DNA of 18,509 nt. It comes from an uncultured archaeon. Lineage in GTDB: Archaea; Asgardarchaeota; Heimdallarchaeia; Heimdallarchaeales; Heimdallarchaeaceae. Shown here piece after piece: positions 7,726 to 17,217 of this stretch. The stretch's first letter is position 1, and every line of letters starts with the position of its first letter. Both the position numbers and the translations under genes were made by a program. The notes beneath the pieces are model-generated. The model worked only from the letters and a program-made list of their open reading frames with translations. It did no database searches and was not told the origin of the DNA. The stretch lies in assembly GCA_964549075.1 (NCBI GenBank), contig CAZJUB010000052.1, positions 1 through 18,509 on the forward strand, read 5' to 3'.

Positions 7726-8958
7726 TTAATCGAGAAATGATATTGATTTGTCTGTAGTAACCGACAAGGCATCTAACATATATGACCATCTTTTACTAAG
7801 TTTTTCAAAAGCATTTTCAGATTGATTATCAAAAGTCTTGTTCTCTTCAAGTTGAAGGTTGAATAAATGAAGTATTTTCTCTTTCTTGTCAAAACTAGCT
7901 TCTACCCTTCCAAAAAAATGCCCTTCATAAAGTAGAGGAAGGACATAGTATCCCCATTTACGATCTTTAGGTATTTTGTAAACTTCCCAAACATATTCAA
8001 AATCGAAAATTTTCTGTGCAAATTCTCGATCCCAAATTAATGGATCTAGAGGAGCAATTGCTTTCATTTCTTGGTCAATATTCTGGTGGAGATAATTTTC
8101 CCAGTTAGCTGGTACCGCACAGTAAATGTTCGTGTCTTCAATATTAACAATTCTCGGACTTTCAGGATCATCATTTTTTTCAAACCATTTTGGTGATAAT
8201 CTTTTTCTTTTCCCCAAAACCAGTCCTTTGCTCTTAGACCAAGTTATTTTTCCTAAATTAATTAAAGGATAGGATTTTTGTTTGATAAGAAATTTTTGAT
8301 AGTAAATCTCCTCATCATTAAGGTTGCTTTCATTCAAAAAAGATGAATCAAAAAAATCCTCTACAAGTCCATAAGTTTTTCTCCAGTATTCATCTCTGTC
8401 ATGGATAGCAACTTTACCTAAAAGCCATAATAACTCAAGTGACATCCCAGCTAAATTACTTGTTTTCCAAAAAGATAAATCAGGTTTAATTTTAGCTAAT
8501 TCTTTAAGATCAGCTGCTTTTGATGGACCATTGGTTCTAAGAAAATTTATTGTCTTCTCTAAGAAATCTGACATTTTTTCCTCTATCTTGTCGATTCTAG
8601 TTTGATAATATTTGTGTAAATATTTCTTTTTCATTTGAGGAAGAAATATAGGAAAATAATCTTTTGAAATTGCCTTTAAATTAGGAAAATAACATTCAAA
8701 AACTTCTCGTTGAGGATATGCTAGTTTCTGAAAAAGATTAATTTTATATTTAGTCATTCTGGATAAGAAAAATAAATCATGATTTCGTCCAGCTGGATTC
8801 AAAGGATCTAGTTGAACTGAAGCTTGTTCATGAAAAACCTTCATAGTATCTTTTTCATCTTGACCATGCCATTGATGAAGGTGTGTTCCTACAATTGCAA
8901 TCTTTTGGAGTTCTTCTTTTGATACTTCAGTAACAAGTTCATCAAACATTTCTTCCAC
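7726..8958 (-). CDS. ycaQ: YcaQ/AlkZ-family (HTH_42) interstrand-crosslink DNA glycosylase
   Basis: N-terminal QLDP (QxD) motif with RNHDL. C-terminal PLDPLIWDR...FDFEYVWEVY...RKWGYYVLPLL...GRVE signature. Start is either GTG 8958 or ATG 8949. Confidence 0.85.
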   Translation of the reverse strand: MEEMFDELVTEVSKEELQKIAIVGTHLHQWHGQDEKDTMKVFHEQASVQLDPLNPAGRNHDLFFLSRMTKYKINLFQKLAYPQREVFECYFPNLKAISKDYFPIFLPQMKKKYLHKYYQTRIDKIEEKMSDFLEKTINFLRTNGPSKAADLKELAKIKPDLSFWKTSNLAGMSLELLWLLGKVAIHDRDEYWRKTYGLVEDFFDSSFLNESNLNDEEIYYQKFLIKQKSYPLINLGKITWSKSKGLVLGKRKRLSPKWFEKNDDPESPRIVNIEDTNIYCAVPANWENYLHQNIDQEMKAIAPLDPLIWDREFAQKIFDFEYVWEVYKIPKDRKWGYYVLPLLYEGHFFGRVEASFDKKEKILHLFNLQLEENKTFDNQSENAFEKLSKRWSYMLDALSVTTDKSISFLD

Positions 8959-9024
8959 ATCAGAATATCAATGATTAGTTTTTGATAAATTTTTGAGTAT
9001 AAAAAATAAATGAAAGAAAAGATA

Positions 9025-10410
9025 TTAATTTTGAGTAGATATATTAATACCTTTTACTTTTATCTTTGGTGTTCTCATAAATCCATTGGAACATTCTAAT
9101 TCTTTGGTCATTCCAGTTATGTTCATCAATAATCCTAGGATATTTCCACCAATTGTAACGTTGACAAGAGGTGTGGTTAGTTCTCCATTCTCTATTAATT
9201 GAGCACCTTTAGCGACACCACTGAAAATACCATTTTCAGCTCTGAAGGAACCTGAAAAATATTCAAATGTGATACCTGTTTTAATATCTTCTAGAAGCTC
9301 TTCATAGGTTTGATCTCCTCCACGAATTATTGGCGCATTCGGAAATATGTTACTAGGAGGATTCATAAAACGAGGACCTCCAAGAGATCTCCAAGAATTA
9401 CCTGTTGATGTAGCATTCATTTTACTTGCCCTTAATTCATCAAAAAGGAAATTTTCTAGAATACCGTCTTTAATTATTGATGTTTGTTTTGTAGCTGTAC
9501 CTTCATCATCAAATGATCTAGCACCTCCACCTATATCAGAATTGAGAGAATCATCAACCATACTGAATTCTTGAATTGCCACTGTATCTGCTAATTTGTC
9601 TTTCCACATGGAGCGTTGTTGGAGAACATTATGAGCGGCGATAGCTTGAAAAATTACAATTCCTATAGGATTGAACATACTATCTTTTTGGAATACAACT
9701 GTATCCGATTCTATTTTGGAAGGAGCGATCGCAGATATATTTCGAACAGCTCTTTGAGTGAGTTCTTTTCCAAATTTGGTTAAGTCAACACTTTTTGGAT
9801 CATGGGTGAAGAAGTCATCAAATACAAACGATCCTACTTTTTCACCTTCCCTTGGAACAACAAAAAAGCCACCAGCATAGTTATTAGATTTCTCAAATGC
9901 TTCTACTCCTTGGGAATTAACTATTCCATACCATTCTTCTTGTTTTGTTAAACTACTCAAATTAGTCCTAACATCAACAGTCGCCTCTATCATTGGTGTT
10001 AAGATAGTTTTAGCATCTTCTATTAACTCGTCAATTGTAAGATTTGCAACTGAGGAAGTATAAATGCCAGAAATTTGTTTATATTTAGATGGTTTAGGTA
10101 ATCTCAATCCCGGATTAGAAGGCGCTACAGAAGCAATACCCAGCGCATCATCAGCTGTTGCTTTTAGCGATTCTAAATCACTTTTGTTACAATAAGAGAA
10201 TCCTTCTGAGTCACCTTTTATAATTCTAATTGAAAAACCTAGTTCTTCCTTCAATCTTTCATTTGCTATTGATTGACCTTCTGTCATAACTTGAGTTAAA
10301 GAATTCATAAATGAAAATACTTCAACAGCATCTGCTTTCTTTGAAAGAGCATAATCTACTGTTTTATGAGATAGTGAAAGCATCTCTTCTTTTGAAATTT
10401 CTGTTGTCAT
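9025..10410 (-). CDS. pmbA: PmbA/TldE-family protein
   Basis: FDDEGT, IIKDGILENFL, STGNS, GIFSG, IENGEL motifs. No HExxH. Directly downstream of tldD with a GGAGGT RBS. Confidence 0.9.
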   Translation of the reverse strand: MTTEISKEEMLSLSHKTVDYALSKKADAVEVFSFMNSLTQVMTEGQSIANERLKEELGFSIRIIKGDSEGFSYCNKSDLESLKATADDALGIASVAPSNPGLRLPKPSKYKQISGIYTSSVANLTIDELIEDAKTILTPMIEATVDVRTNLSSLTKQEEWYGIVNSQGVEAFEKSNNYAGGFFVVPREGEKVGSFVFDDFFTHDPKSVDLTKFGKELTQRAVRNISAIAPSKIESDTVVFQKDSMFNPIGIVIFQAIAAHNVLQQRSMWKDKLADTVAIQEFSMVDDSLNSDIGGGARSFDDEGTATKQTSIIKDGILENFLFDELRASKMNATSTGNSWRSLGGPRFMNPPSNIFPNAPIIRGGDQTYEELLEDIKTGITFEYFSGSFRAENGIFSGVAKGAQLIENGELTTPLVNVTIGGNILGLLMNITGMTKELECSNGFMRTPKIKVKGINISTQN

Positions 10411-10411
10411 C

Positions 10412-11818
10412 TTAATTACCTCCAGCTAACATAGCTTTAACAGCTAGAAAAGGACCACCTGCATCGACTTTTGCTGGTTGTTCTTTACCACAAAAACCTG
10501 CTCCTAAATTTGTATCAAAATTATTACCAATTCCAATAACGTTACTTAAAACCTCAAACGCATTTCCAGTAAGAACAGGATTTTGGTATAATTCTTCTGT
10601 TAATTCTCCATTTTTGATGGCATAGCATTCAACAGCACCAAACATAAATTCACTTGAGCTGTCAGCTTGACCATTTTGTAATGAACATAGGAAGAATCCT
10701 TCGCCAATAGCTTCATATAATTCTTCAAGACTCATATCTCCCGCTTCTATGTAGGTATTTCTCATTCGAACTATAGGTTCATCTCTGAAAGTATATGCTC
10801 GAGCATTTCCTGTAGCTTCGACACCTAATTCAGCTGCGAAAGCTCTATTTGTCATATAGCTATTCATTATACCTTCTTTAATGATGTAAGTTTTCTTTCC
10901 TTTCACACCTTCATCATCGAAAGGAAGCCATCCTGAACCTTCCCAATTTGATCCTTTCAAAGTAGGTGAATCAACTAAACTGATTCTTTCATCACATACT
11001 TTTTGTCCAAGTTTGCCTTTAGTAAATGATCCTGCTTGAACTAAATCAGCCTCTGCTGTGTGTCCAACTGCTTCATGAGCAAGAACACCAACTAATTGAT
11101 GATCCAGTAACAAACTAGCTACCCCACTAGGAGGAAGTGAGGCTTTAACTAACCTAGTTGCCTTATCAGCACTCTCATCCATTATCTGACTAAGAGGATG
11201 CAAATCAAAGAATTCTGCACCACAAGTGTGAGACCAAGAAGTATAGCCACTAGCCATTTTTCCTTCTTCAATAGCTACACAGTACGCAATAACTGTTGGT
11301 TTCATGTCTTCCCATTCTACACGTGTCCCTTCATTGGTTACAACCATTCTCTTATCGATAACTTCATTATAGTTGATCATATAACTTTTAACAAATTCAT
11401 AATCTTTAACGACCTTTGTAGAGTCTATAAGTTTCTGAATTTTTTCTTCAACGGAAATATCTTTCAAATGTATCTTTCGAGGAGAGATAGCTTCATCTTC
11501 AATAATATCAACTTCAGCTAAAGATATTTTAGAATCTTTATGAGAAGCAGAGCCTTGAGCCATTTTAACAGCATTTTTAACAGATTTAAAAATACTTTCT
11601 TGATCAGTTTTACTTGTAGCAGCTAAACCCCAGCTTCCATCAACCAAAACTCTTGTACATATACCTTCTCTGGAGCCAGTTGTGCTAATTAACTCTCCAT
11701 CCCTATACATGAAATTAGCAAGGTATTTGTCTTGGTAACGAAATTCGACATAGTCAGCACCAAGTTTTTCACCTTCATCTAATCCTTTTACTAATAGATC
11801 TTGATTATAGAAATCCAT
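10412..11818 (-). CDS. tldD: TldD-family metalloprotease
   Basis: AHEAVGHTAEAD zinc motif, FDDEG, TGNARA, RMRNTYI, CGK. ATG 11818 preceded by AGGTGAG is preferred over the track start at 11863. Confidence 0.92.
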   Translation of the reverse strand: MDFYNQDLLVKGLDEGEKLGADYVEFRYQDKYLANFMYRDGELISTTGSREGICTRVLVDGSWGLAATSKTDQESIFKSVKNAVKMAQGSASHKDSKISLAEVDIIEDEAISPRKIHLKDISVEEKIQKLIDSTKVVKDYEFVKSYMINYNEVIDKRMVVTNEGTRVEWEDMKPTVIAYCVAIEEGKMASGYTSWSHTCGAEFFDLHPLSQIMDESADKATRLVKASLPPSGVASLLLDHQLVGVLAHEAVGHTAEADLVQAGSFTKGKLGQKVCDERISLVDSPTLKGSNWEGSGWLPFDDEGVKGKKTYIIKEGIMNSYMTNRAFAAELGVEATGNARAYTFRDEPIVRMRNTYIEAGDMSLEELYEAIGEGFFLCSLQNGQADSSSEFMFGAVECYAIKNGELTEELYQNPVLTGNAFEVLSNVIGIGNNFDTNLGAGFCGKEQPAKVDAGGPFLAVKAMLAGGN

Positions 11819-11942
11819 TAACTCACCTATTTTCTTAAAAACAAAAAGAATTAATAAAGACACTGGTCAGGAGTGACCATCAAATTGAGATTGAATTAAA
11901 CATTCTTGATCGTGAGAAACTTTATTTCTTTTTCAAGGGATT

Positions 11943-13190
11943 TCATGAAGTTAGAAACATATCTAATTTTGTTTGTCTCTTATTATAATCATACATTTTT
12001 GATTTGTTCTTCCAGTATTTGACAGGATATTGAAAATAGCTTGAAAGAAGATTAAAAGCTTGGTCGATTGAATCAGCAGTAATATAATTCTTCTTCATTG
12101 CTCCTCTAACACCTACTCTAATAACCCATACACCTAATGGGAATCGATATTCATCTGAGATTTCTCGAAGCACAATTACTTGCGCTTGTCTTTGAATTTT
12201 GAGTAAATATTCTGTTACTGCTAAGCGAGCTGCATAATATGCTCCTGTAACATTAGACGCATATTCTGTTCGACCGTCATACCATTCATAATCACCCATT
12301 CCAATATCGATATTACTCGGATTCATGAAAGCTCCTTTAAACCAAACTTCGACCATCTCATAAGACCAAACACTAGGTACTAAAATGATGACAAATCTAT
12401 TCCCAAAGAAAACATTTGAGAAAATTCTTATTTCTCCTAATTCTTGGAATTTTTTTGTTTTTTCCGCATTTTGTTTTGAAATTATATCATCTACTGCTGT
12501 TATACTCCATCTCGTTGGAACTAGTTTTCTGTTTTCCTTTTTTCCAAGCATTCCAGCTGAAAAAACTCGAGTAATTGTATAAACATCAATTTTATCTTTA
12601 CTTAGAGTTTTAACAGCATCAGTCGCAATTAAATCTGTATCATAATAAGACTTCTCTATAACATTTATAGGTGTTTGATTTTCAGTTAAATCTATTTTCT
12701 TAATTGGAGCTATAGGGCCATATGGAGCCATTCTCTCATCTAAAGAAATCCTGGGAATTATCTTTTTCTCAAGTGTGACTTCTACATCGACTGCTTTCTT
12801 ACCAAGCAGCATTTCATGACTTTTTTGAATAATATCAGAATCCAGTGGATGTTTCACATTGATCTTTGATCGTGTTCTAAGAAGTGAAATTCTCATTTTT
12901 ACTATGTCTTCTTGAGTTTTCTTGATCCAATTATCTGCATTGTCGATATAATCAGAACCTAATCTATCAACTGTTAACATCGGTCCTGCATTTATTTGTG
13001 GATATCCTGACCATCCTACGAAGAATGCTGGTGGAGTAAAAGAATCATCAAGATTTTCTATTTTAGGCTGGTCAATTGAATACTTTCTAGACCATTGTTG
13101 TAATAATGGACAGTTCCTTCTCCCACATAACATTCTAGATGTCTTACAGACTACACATAATTCGAAATTTATGGGTGAATCCTCAGACAT
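11943..13190 (-). CDS. nreA: Archaeal DNA repair protein Nre
   Basis: N-terminal CxxCK...LCGxxxCP, GYP, RKLVPTRWSITAVD, YYAARLAV, PLGVWVIR, and C-terminal PIP box QTKLDMF. Confidence 0.93.
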   Translation of the reverse strand: MSEDSPINFELCVVCKTSRMLCGRRNCPLLQQWSRKYSIDQPKIENLDDSFTPPAFFVGWSGYPQINAGPMLTVDRLGSDYIDNADNWIKKTQEDIVKMRISLLRTRSKINVKHPLDSDIIQKSHEMLLGKKAVDVEVTLEKKIIPRISLDERMAPYGPIAPIKKIDLTENQTPINVIEKSYYDTDLIATDAVKTLSKDKIDVYTITRVFSAGMLGKKENRKLVPTRWSITAVDDIISKQNAEKTKKFQELGEIRIFSNVFFGNRFVIILVPSVWSYEMVEVWFKGAFMNPSNIDIGMGDYEWYDGRTEYASNVTGAYYAARLAVTEYLLKIQRQAQVIVLREISDEYRFPLGVWVIRVGVRGAMKKNYITADSIDQAFNLLSSYFQYPVKYWKNKSKMYDYNKRQTKLDMFLTS

Positions 13191-13217
13191 AATATCAAGT
13201 TATTCATCACTTTTTCA

Positions 13218-13276
13218 TATTAAAAGCTGGTGTTGAGTTAATAATATCTTTGAAAAAAGGAAAATCTTTTTTATAT
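13218..13276. promoter_or_regulatory. Divergent archaeal promoter region (nre / Rag-like GTPase)
   Basis: TTTATAT at 13270-13276 with purine-rich sequence upstream, 28-22 nt before ATG 13298. Minus-strand TTTTAATA at 13225-13218 lies upstream of the nre ATG. Confidence 0.5.
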
Positions 13277-13297
13277 CGCGTTAGTTAACTGTTTAAA

Positions 13298-13882
13298 ATG
13301 AGCTACCTTGAAGACGAAATAGATAAAGATAATAAACTAGTAAAAGCAGTAGAAAATGGTGGTTTTGGATTAAAACTACTCTTTTTAGGATTAGCTCAAA
13401 CTGGAAAATCCTCAATCATTCAGGTAATTTTTGAAGATAAACCTCCTGAAACAACTAAGAAAATTCAAGCAACGATAGGAGTCAGAAGAAAATTACTCGA
13501 ATTTTCAAATTTGTCTCTAAATGTATATGATGTTGGAGGACAAATAACCTATCTAGAAGAAGCTTTTATCGATCTCAGAGAAAGTATCTTCTCCCATATA
13601 AAAACTATGTTTTTTGTTGTTGATATGTCCAAATTAAATGAATTTAATACAGCTAAACTGTATTTCGATAGGGCAATTAAGAATTTAAGTGAATATAGTC
13701 CAGAAGCACGATTACACGTATTAGCTCACAAAAGCGATTTAATTCCTAAAGAACAAAGAACCAAAGCAATTGATCTTATTGCTGAGTTGTTCGAATTGGA
13801 TCTTTATCCTAATGTTGAAATTCATGAAACCTCTATTTATGAACCTACACTATTCAGCGCTATTGAACATGCAATAAAATAA
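13298..13882 (+). CDS. Rag/Gtr1-like small GTPase (G-domain only)
   Basis: G1 GLAQTGKSSI followed by VIF, G2 ATIG, G3 DVGGQ, FVVD, G4 HKSD, G5 TSIY. The HKxD and TSI(Y/W) pattern is typical of the Rag/Gtr family. Confidence 0.85.
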   Translation: MSYLEDEIDKDNKLVKAVENGGFGLKLLFLGLAQTGKSSIIQVIFEDKPPETTKKIQATIGVRRKLLEFSNLSLNVYDVGGQITYLEEAFIDLRESIFSHIKTMFFVVDMSKLNEFNTAKLYFDRAIKNLSEYSPEARLHVLAHKSDLIPKEQRTKAIDLIAELFELDLYPNVEIHETSIYEPTLFSAIEHAIK

Positions 13883-13965
13883 AATTCAGCTTTTCTGTTT
13901 GATTGAAGAAAAAAATATGACCAATGTGAATTTTAAAATATAGATTTTAAGTAACAGAATATTAT

Positions 13966-14391
13966 ATGATAAACAAACCGATATATCCAATAACGTTTTT
14001 AAGAACTAATAATCTTCAAATAACTAGACTTTTTTATGAGAAAATCATGAATTTTCCTGTAGCTTTGGAACAAAGTGGTTGTGTAATTTTCAGAATAGGT
14101 AATTTTGGTTATTGGGGTTTTTGTGAGACAGAAGAAGAGATTATTGGACCAGAGAAAGTGTGTTTAACTGTTGTTGTAGAAGAGAGAGAAGAAGTAGAAG
14201 AGTGGCACAAGTATCTTATGGAGAATAATGTGAAACTCAAGAGAGTACCTCAAATCTCTTCACTATATAAAATCTATAATAGTTTCTATTTTGATCCAAA
14301 TGGATATGTGTTAGAAATTCAAGCATTTGATCAAGATAGCAGACCGATTGGTCACGATGTTTTTCTAAAGAAAAGTGAGAGTGATAATTAA
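13966..14391 (+). CDS. VOC (glyoxalase/bleomycin-resistance) family protein
   Basis: ITFL...FYEKIMNF N-terminus and FYFDPNGYVLEI C-terminus; 141 aa. Confidence 0.85.
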   Translation: MINKPIYPITFLRTNNLQITRLFYEKIMNFPVALEQSGCVIFRIGNFGYWGFCETEEEIIGPEKVCLTVVVEEREEVEEWHKYLMENNVKLKRVPQISSLYKIYNSFYFDPNGYVLEIQAFDQDSRPIGHDVFLKKSESDN

Positions 14392-14783
14392 TGAAGAGAG
14401 TTACAGGATTAGGAGGAGTTTTTTTCAAATCTACAAATCCCGAAAAGCTAAAGGAATGGTATATAAAGCATTTAGGAGTCCCTCTAGTTCAAGAAGAAAC
14501 TGGTTCTTATGTTATATTTGATTGGCAAAAACAAGTTAAATTAGAAAAAAATGGTTATACCCTTTGGGGTCCGTTTAAAGAAGAGACAAAATATTTTGAA
14601 CCTAGTAATAAGTCGTTTATGTTCAATTTTACAGTAGATAATCTTGAAGAACTTCTTAAAATCCTTCAAAAAGAAGGAATCCAACTTATTGATAAAATAG
14701 AAGAAAATGAACAAGGCAAATTTGGTTGGATTTTAGATCCTGAAGGAAACAAAATCGAATTATGGGAACCTGCAAAAAAGTAA
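14391..14783 (+). CDS. VOC (glyoxalase/bleomycin-resistance) family protein
   Basis: MKRVTGLGGVFFK, NFTVDNL, GKFGWILDPEGNKIELWEP. TAATG stop/start overlap with the preceding gene. Confidence 0.9.
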   Translation: MKRVTGLGGVFFKSTNPEKLKEWYIKHLGVPLVQEETGSYVIFDWQKQVKLEKNGYTLWGPFKEETKYFEPSNKSFMFNFTVDNLEELLKILQKEGIQLIDKIEENEQGKFGWILDPEGNKIELWEPAKK

Positions 14784-14849
14784 ACTTATTACATGTTTTT
14801 TGGAATAGATTTAAAATAGTTCTTTCTTCTTTTAGCTAAAGGTGTCTAT

Positions 14850-17036
14850 ATGACTATTAAGGAATTCAAATACGATGTTCCTATTCTAGATAAAGGATAT
14901 GCAAATAAATCTCTCTACATTAACCTTGATACTTATGAAATCAAGATTGAAGATGTAACAAAAGAGATGAAAGAGAAATTCATTGGTGGTAAAGGTTTCG
15001 ACCTTTACATGATGTGGAAATATTTGCCCAAAGAGAAAAAAACTAACTGGGATGACACAGAAAATGTGCTTTGTATTGCAAGTGGAGCTCTAGGTGGTAC
15101 AACAAACTTTCCAGGTTCAGGAAAGAGTATCGTAACATCTGTTTCACCTTTAACTGGTTTAATCATTGATTCTAACGTTGGAGGATATTTTGGTCCTTTC
15201 TTAAAATATGCAGGATTTGATGTTCTTACGATTCAAGGAAAATCTGAGAAAGAAATATATATTTACATTGATGGCGAAGAAGGAAAAATAATAATTGAAG
15301 ATGCAGAAGAACTTCCCTCAGAAACCTACCAACTAGGTACCATTCTAACAAACAAATATTGTGGAGAAGAAAGGTATAAAAGAGATGTTTCTGTTGTTTC
15401 TGCTGGTCCTGGAGCTGAAAACACTCGTTGGGGTTGTCTTAACTTCAGTTGGTTTGATCCTCGAAGAGGTTATACTAGGTATAAACAGGCTGGTCGAGGA
15501 GGAACAGGTACTGTTTTTAGAAATAAAAAACTCAAAGCACTAGTTGTCAAGAAGTTAGAGGTTATAACCAAAGGTAATAATCCAGCTGAACCAGAAATAT
15601 TGAAAGAAATAGGTAAGAAACACACTCAGGAAATGGTAAAACTTGACCCAAAACAAAACGAAATGAGGATGATAGGTACAACTCATTTGATTCCTATTAT
15701 GAATGATCATGATCTTTTACCAACTAAAAATTTCAAATACGGAAGTGATCCCCAGGCTGATAAGATAGGATCTGAAGTATATCGACAATTATTTGAAAAA
15801 GGTCCAGATCCTTGTTGGAAAGGATGTGCTGTGGCATGTACTCACGGTGTAAAGGAATTTGTACCCAAAACTGGTCCTTACAAAGGACAAAAGGTGTCAG
15901 TTGATGGACCTGAATACGAAACAATTGCTGGGGTTGGATCAAACTGGTACGTATGGGATCCTGATGCAGTAATTGAAACAAATTTCTATTGCGATAATTA
16001 TGGTTTAGATACAATTTCTGTTGGCACTGGAATCGCTTTCGCTATGGAGTGTTATGAATATGGAATCTTAGACAAGGAAAAAACAGGTGGCCTTGAATTA
16101 AATTGGGGAAATCATGCTGCTGCAATGGAGTTAATTCATCAGATGGCTAGAGGTGAAGGTTTTGGTATTATTGTTGGTCAAGGCGTTCGTAGAATGAAAA
16201 AATATTTCGCGAAGGAATTTGGTGCTGATATTAATTTACTAAACGATATAGGTATGGAATCCAAAGGATTAGAATTTAGTGAATATATGACAAAAGAAAG
16301 TTTAGCTCAACAAGGTGGGTATGGTTTTACACTCAAAGGTGCTCAACATGATGAAGCTTGGCTGATTTTTGAAGATATGGTACGAGGAAATTTACCTACT
16401 TTTGAGATAAAAGCTGAAGCTTTACATTGGTTCCCAATGTGGAGAACTTCATTTAGTTTACTTGGTTTATGCAAACTTCCTTGGAATGACATCGTACCTG
16501 AAGATAACAGAGAATATGCTACAGGAAAAATTAGAAAAGATGGAATGTATGTTCCTGATGATTTAGCAGATCCAGCGAAGATTCCAGAACATGTTCAGAA
16601 TTATGTTACATACTATAGAGCTGTGACAGGAAACAAAATAGATTCTGTTGAATATATACGAATGAGCGAGAGAGTCTATAACTTCCAAAGAACACTGAAT
16701 CTTATGTTGATTCCTGAAAATGTTAGCTATCGCGAATTAGACTCCTTACCTTATAGGGCTATGGGTCCAGTAACACAAGAGGAATATCTCTCACGAGAAA
16801 ATGAGTACTATCTCAAAGAATTGAAAAAAGATATCGGTCTTAATCCTGAAGGAATGAGTGTTAAGGAAAAAATGGCTGCTATACGAAAACACCGTGAAGA
16901 ATCATATGAAAAGCTCAAAGATGCTGTTTATGAACGAAGAGGATGGACTAAAAACGGTGTACCAACAATAAAGAAAATGAAAGAATTAGGAATGAATTTT
17001 CCAGAAATCATAGATTTATTAAGTAAACATCAATAG
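14850..17036 (+). CDS. aor: Tungsten-dependent aldehyde:ferredoxin oxidoreductase family protein
   Basis: FIGGKG, SPLTG, DSNVGG, QAGRGGTG, CWKGCAVAC plus GLCK Fe-S cysteines, GPEYET, CDNYGLDTIS, YERRGW...GVP. AAAGGTG RBS at 14838-14844. Confidence 0.93.
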   Translation: MTIKEFKYDVPILDKGYANKSLYINLDTYEIKIEDVTKEMKEKFIGGKGFDLYMMWKYLPKEKKTNWDDTENVLCIASGALGGTTNFPGSGKSIVTSVSPLTGLIIDSNVGGYFGPFLKYAGFDVLTIQGKSEKEIYIYIDGEEGKIIIEDAEELPSETYQLGTILTNKYCGEERYKRDVSVVSAGPGAENTRWGCLNFSWFDPRRGYTRYKQAGRGGTGTVFRNKKLKALVVKKLEVITKGNNPAEPEILKEIGKKHTQEMVKLDPKQNEMRMIGTTHLIPIMNDHDLLPTKNFKYGSDPQADKIGSEVYRQLFEKGPDPCWKGCAVACTHGVKEFVPKTGPYKGQKVSVDGPEYETIAGVGSNWYVWDPDAVIETNFYCDNYGLDTISVGTGIAFAMECYEYGILDKEKTGGLELNWGNHAAAMELIHQMARGEGFGIIVGQGVRRMKKYFAKEFGADINLLNDIGMESKGLEFSEYMTKESLAQQGGYGFTLKGAQHDEAWLIFEDMVRGNLPTFEIKAEALHWFPMWRTSFSLLGLCKLPWNDIVPEDNREYATGKIRKDGMYVPDDLADPAKIPEHVQNYVTYYRAVTGNKIDSVEYIRMSERVYNFQRTLNLMLIPENVSYRELDSLPYRAMGPVTQEEYLSRENEYYLKELKKDIGLNPEGMSVKEKMAAIRKHREESYEKLKDAVYERRGWTKNGVPTIKKMKELGMNFPEIIDLLSKHQ

Positions 17037-17049
17037 CTTAATTCTTCTA

Positions 17050-17064
17050 ATTTTCTTTTTTTTT
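17050..17064 (+). terminator. Oligo-T archaeal-type terminator after aor
   Basis: TTTTCTTTTTTTTT begins about 15 nt after the stop codon. Confidence 0.55.
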
Positions 17065-17217
17065 GATGCACTTTTTTTGATTCAATTACTTTGATTACAC
17101 AGACAATTTCTTGATCTTACTTTTGCAGTTTTTGATTGTAGTTTATTATTTGGTAAAGGAATAGTAGAATCTTTCTTGTGGTTTGTAGATGAATTAGAAA
17201 TGAAGAAAAATACCTAG
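17065..17217 (+). pseudogene. Remnant (C-terminal ~50 codons) of an Arf-like GTPase paralog
   Basis: Translates DALFLIQLL*LHRQFLDLTFAVFDCSLLFGKGIVESFLWFVDELEMKKNT*. It aligns without gaps to the C-terminus of 17386..17940 (29/49 identical by hand count), with an in-frame TGA at 17092-17094 opposite Gly. Confidence 0.9.

Noticed and set aside
9025-11818. TldD/PmbA as a RiPP (microcin B17-type) maturation system
   Set aside because: No precursor peptide or YcaO enzyme is visible, and tldD-pmbA pairs are widespread in archaea.
9347-12582. Plus-strand ORFs 9347-9574, 11198-11521, 12385-12582
   Set aside because: Antisense shadows of pmbA, tldD and nre.
17092-17094. In-frame TGA as selenocysteine or recoding
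   Set aside because: It aligns to Gly in a fragment lacking all N-terminal G-motifs. A GGA->TGA nonsense change is simpler, and TGA serves as a normal stop elsewhere in the window.
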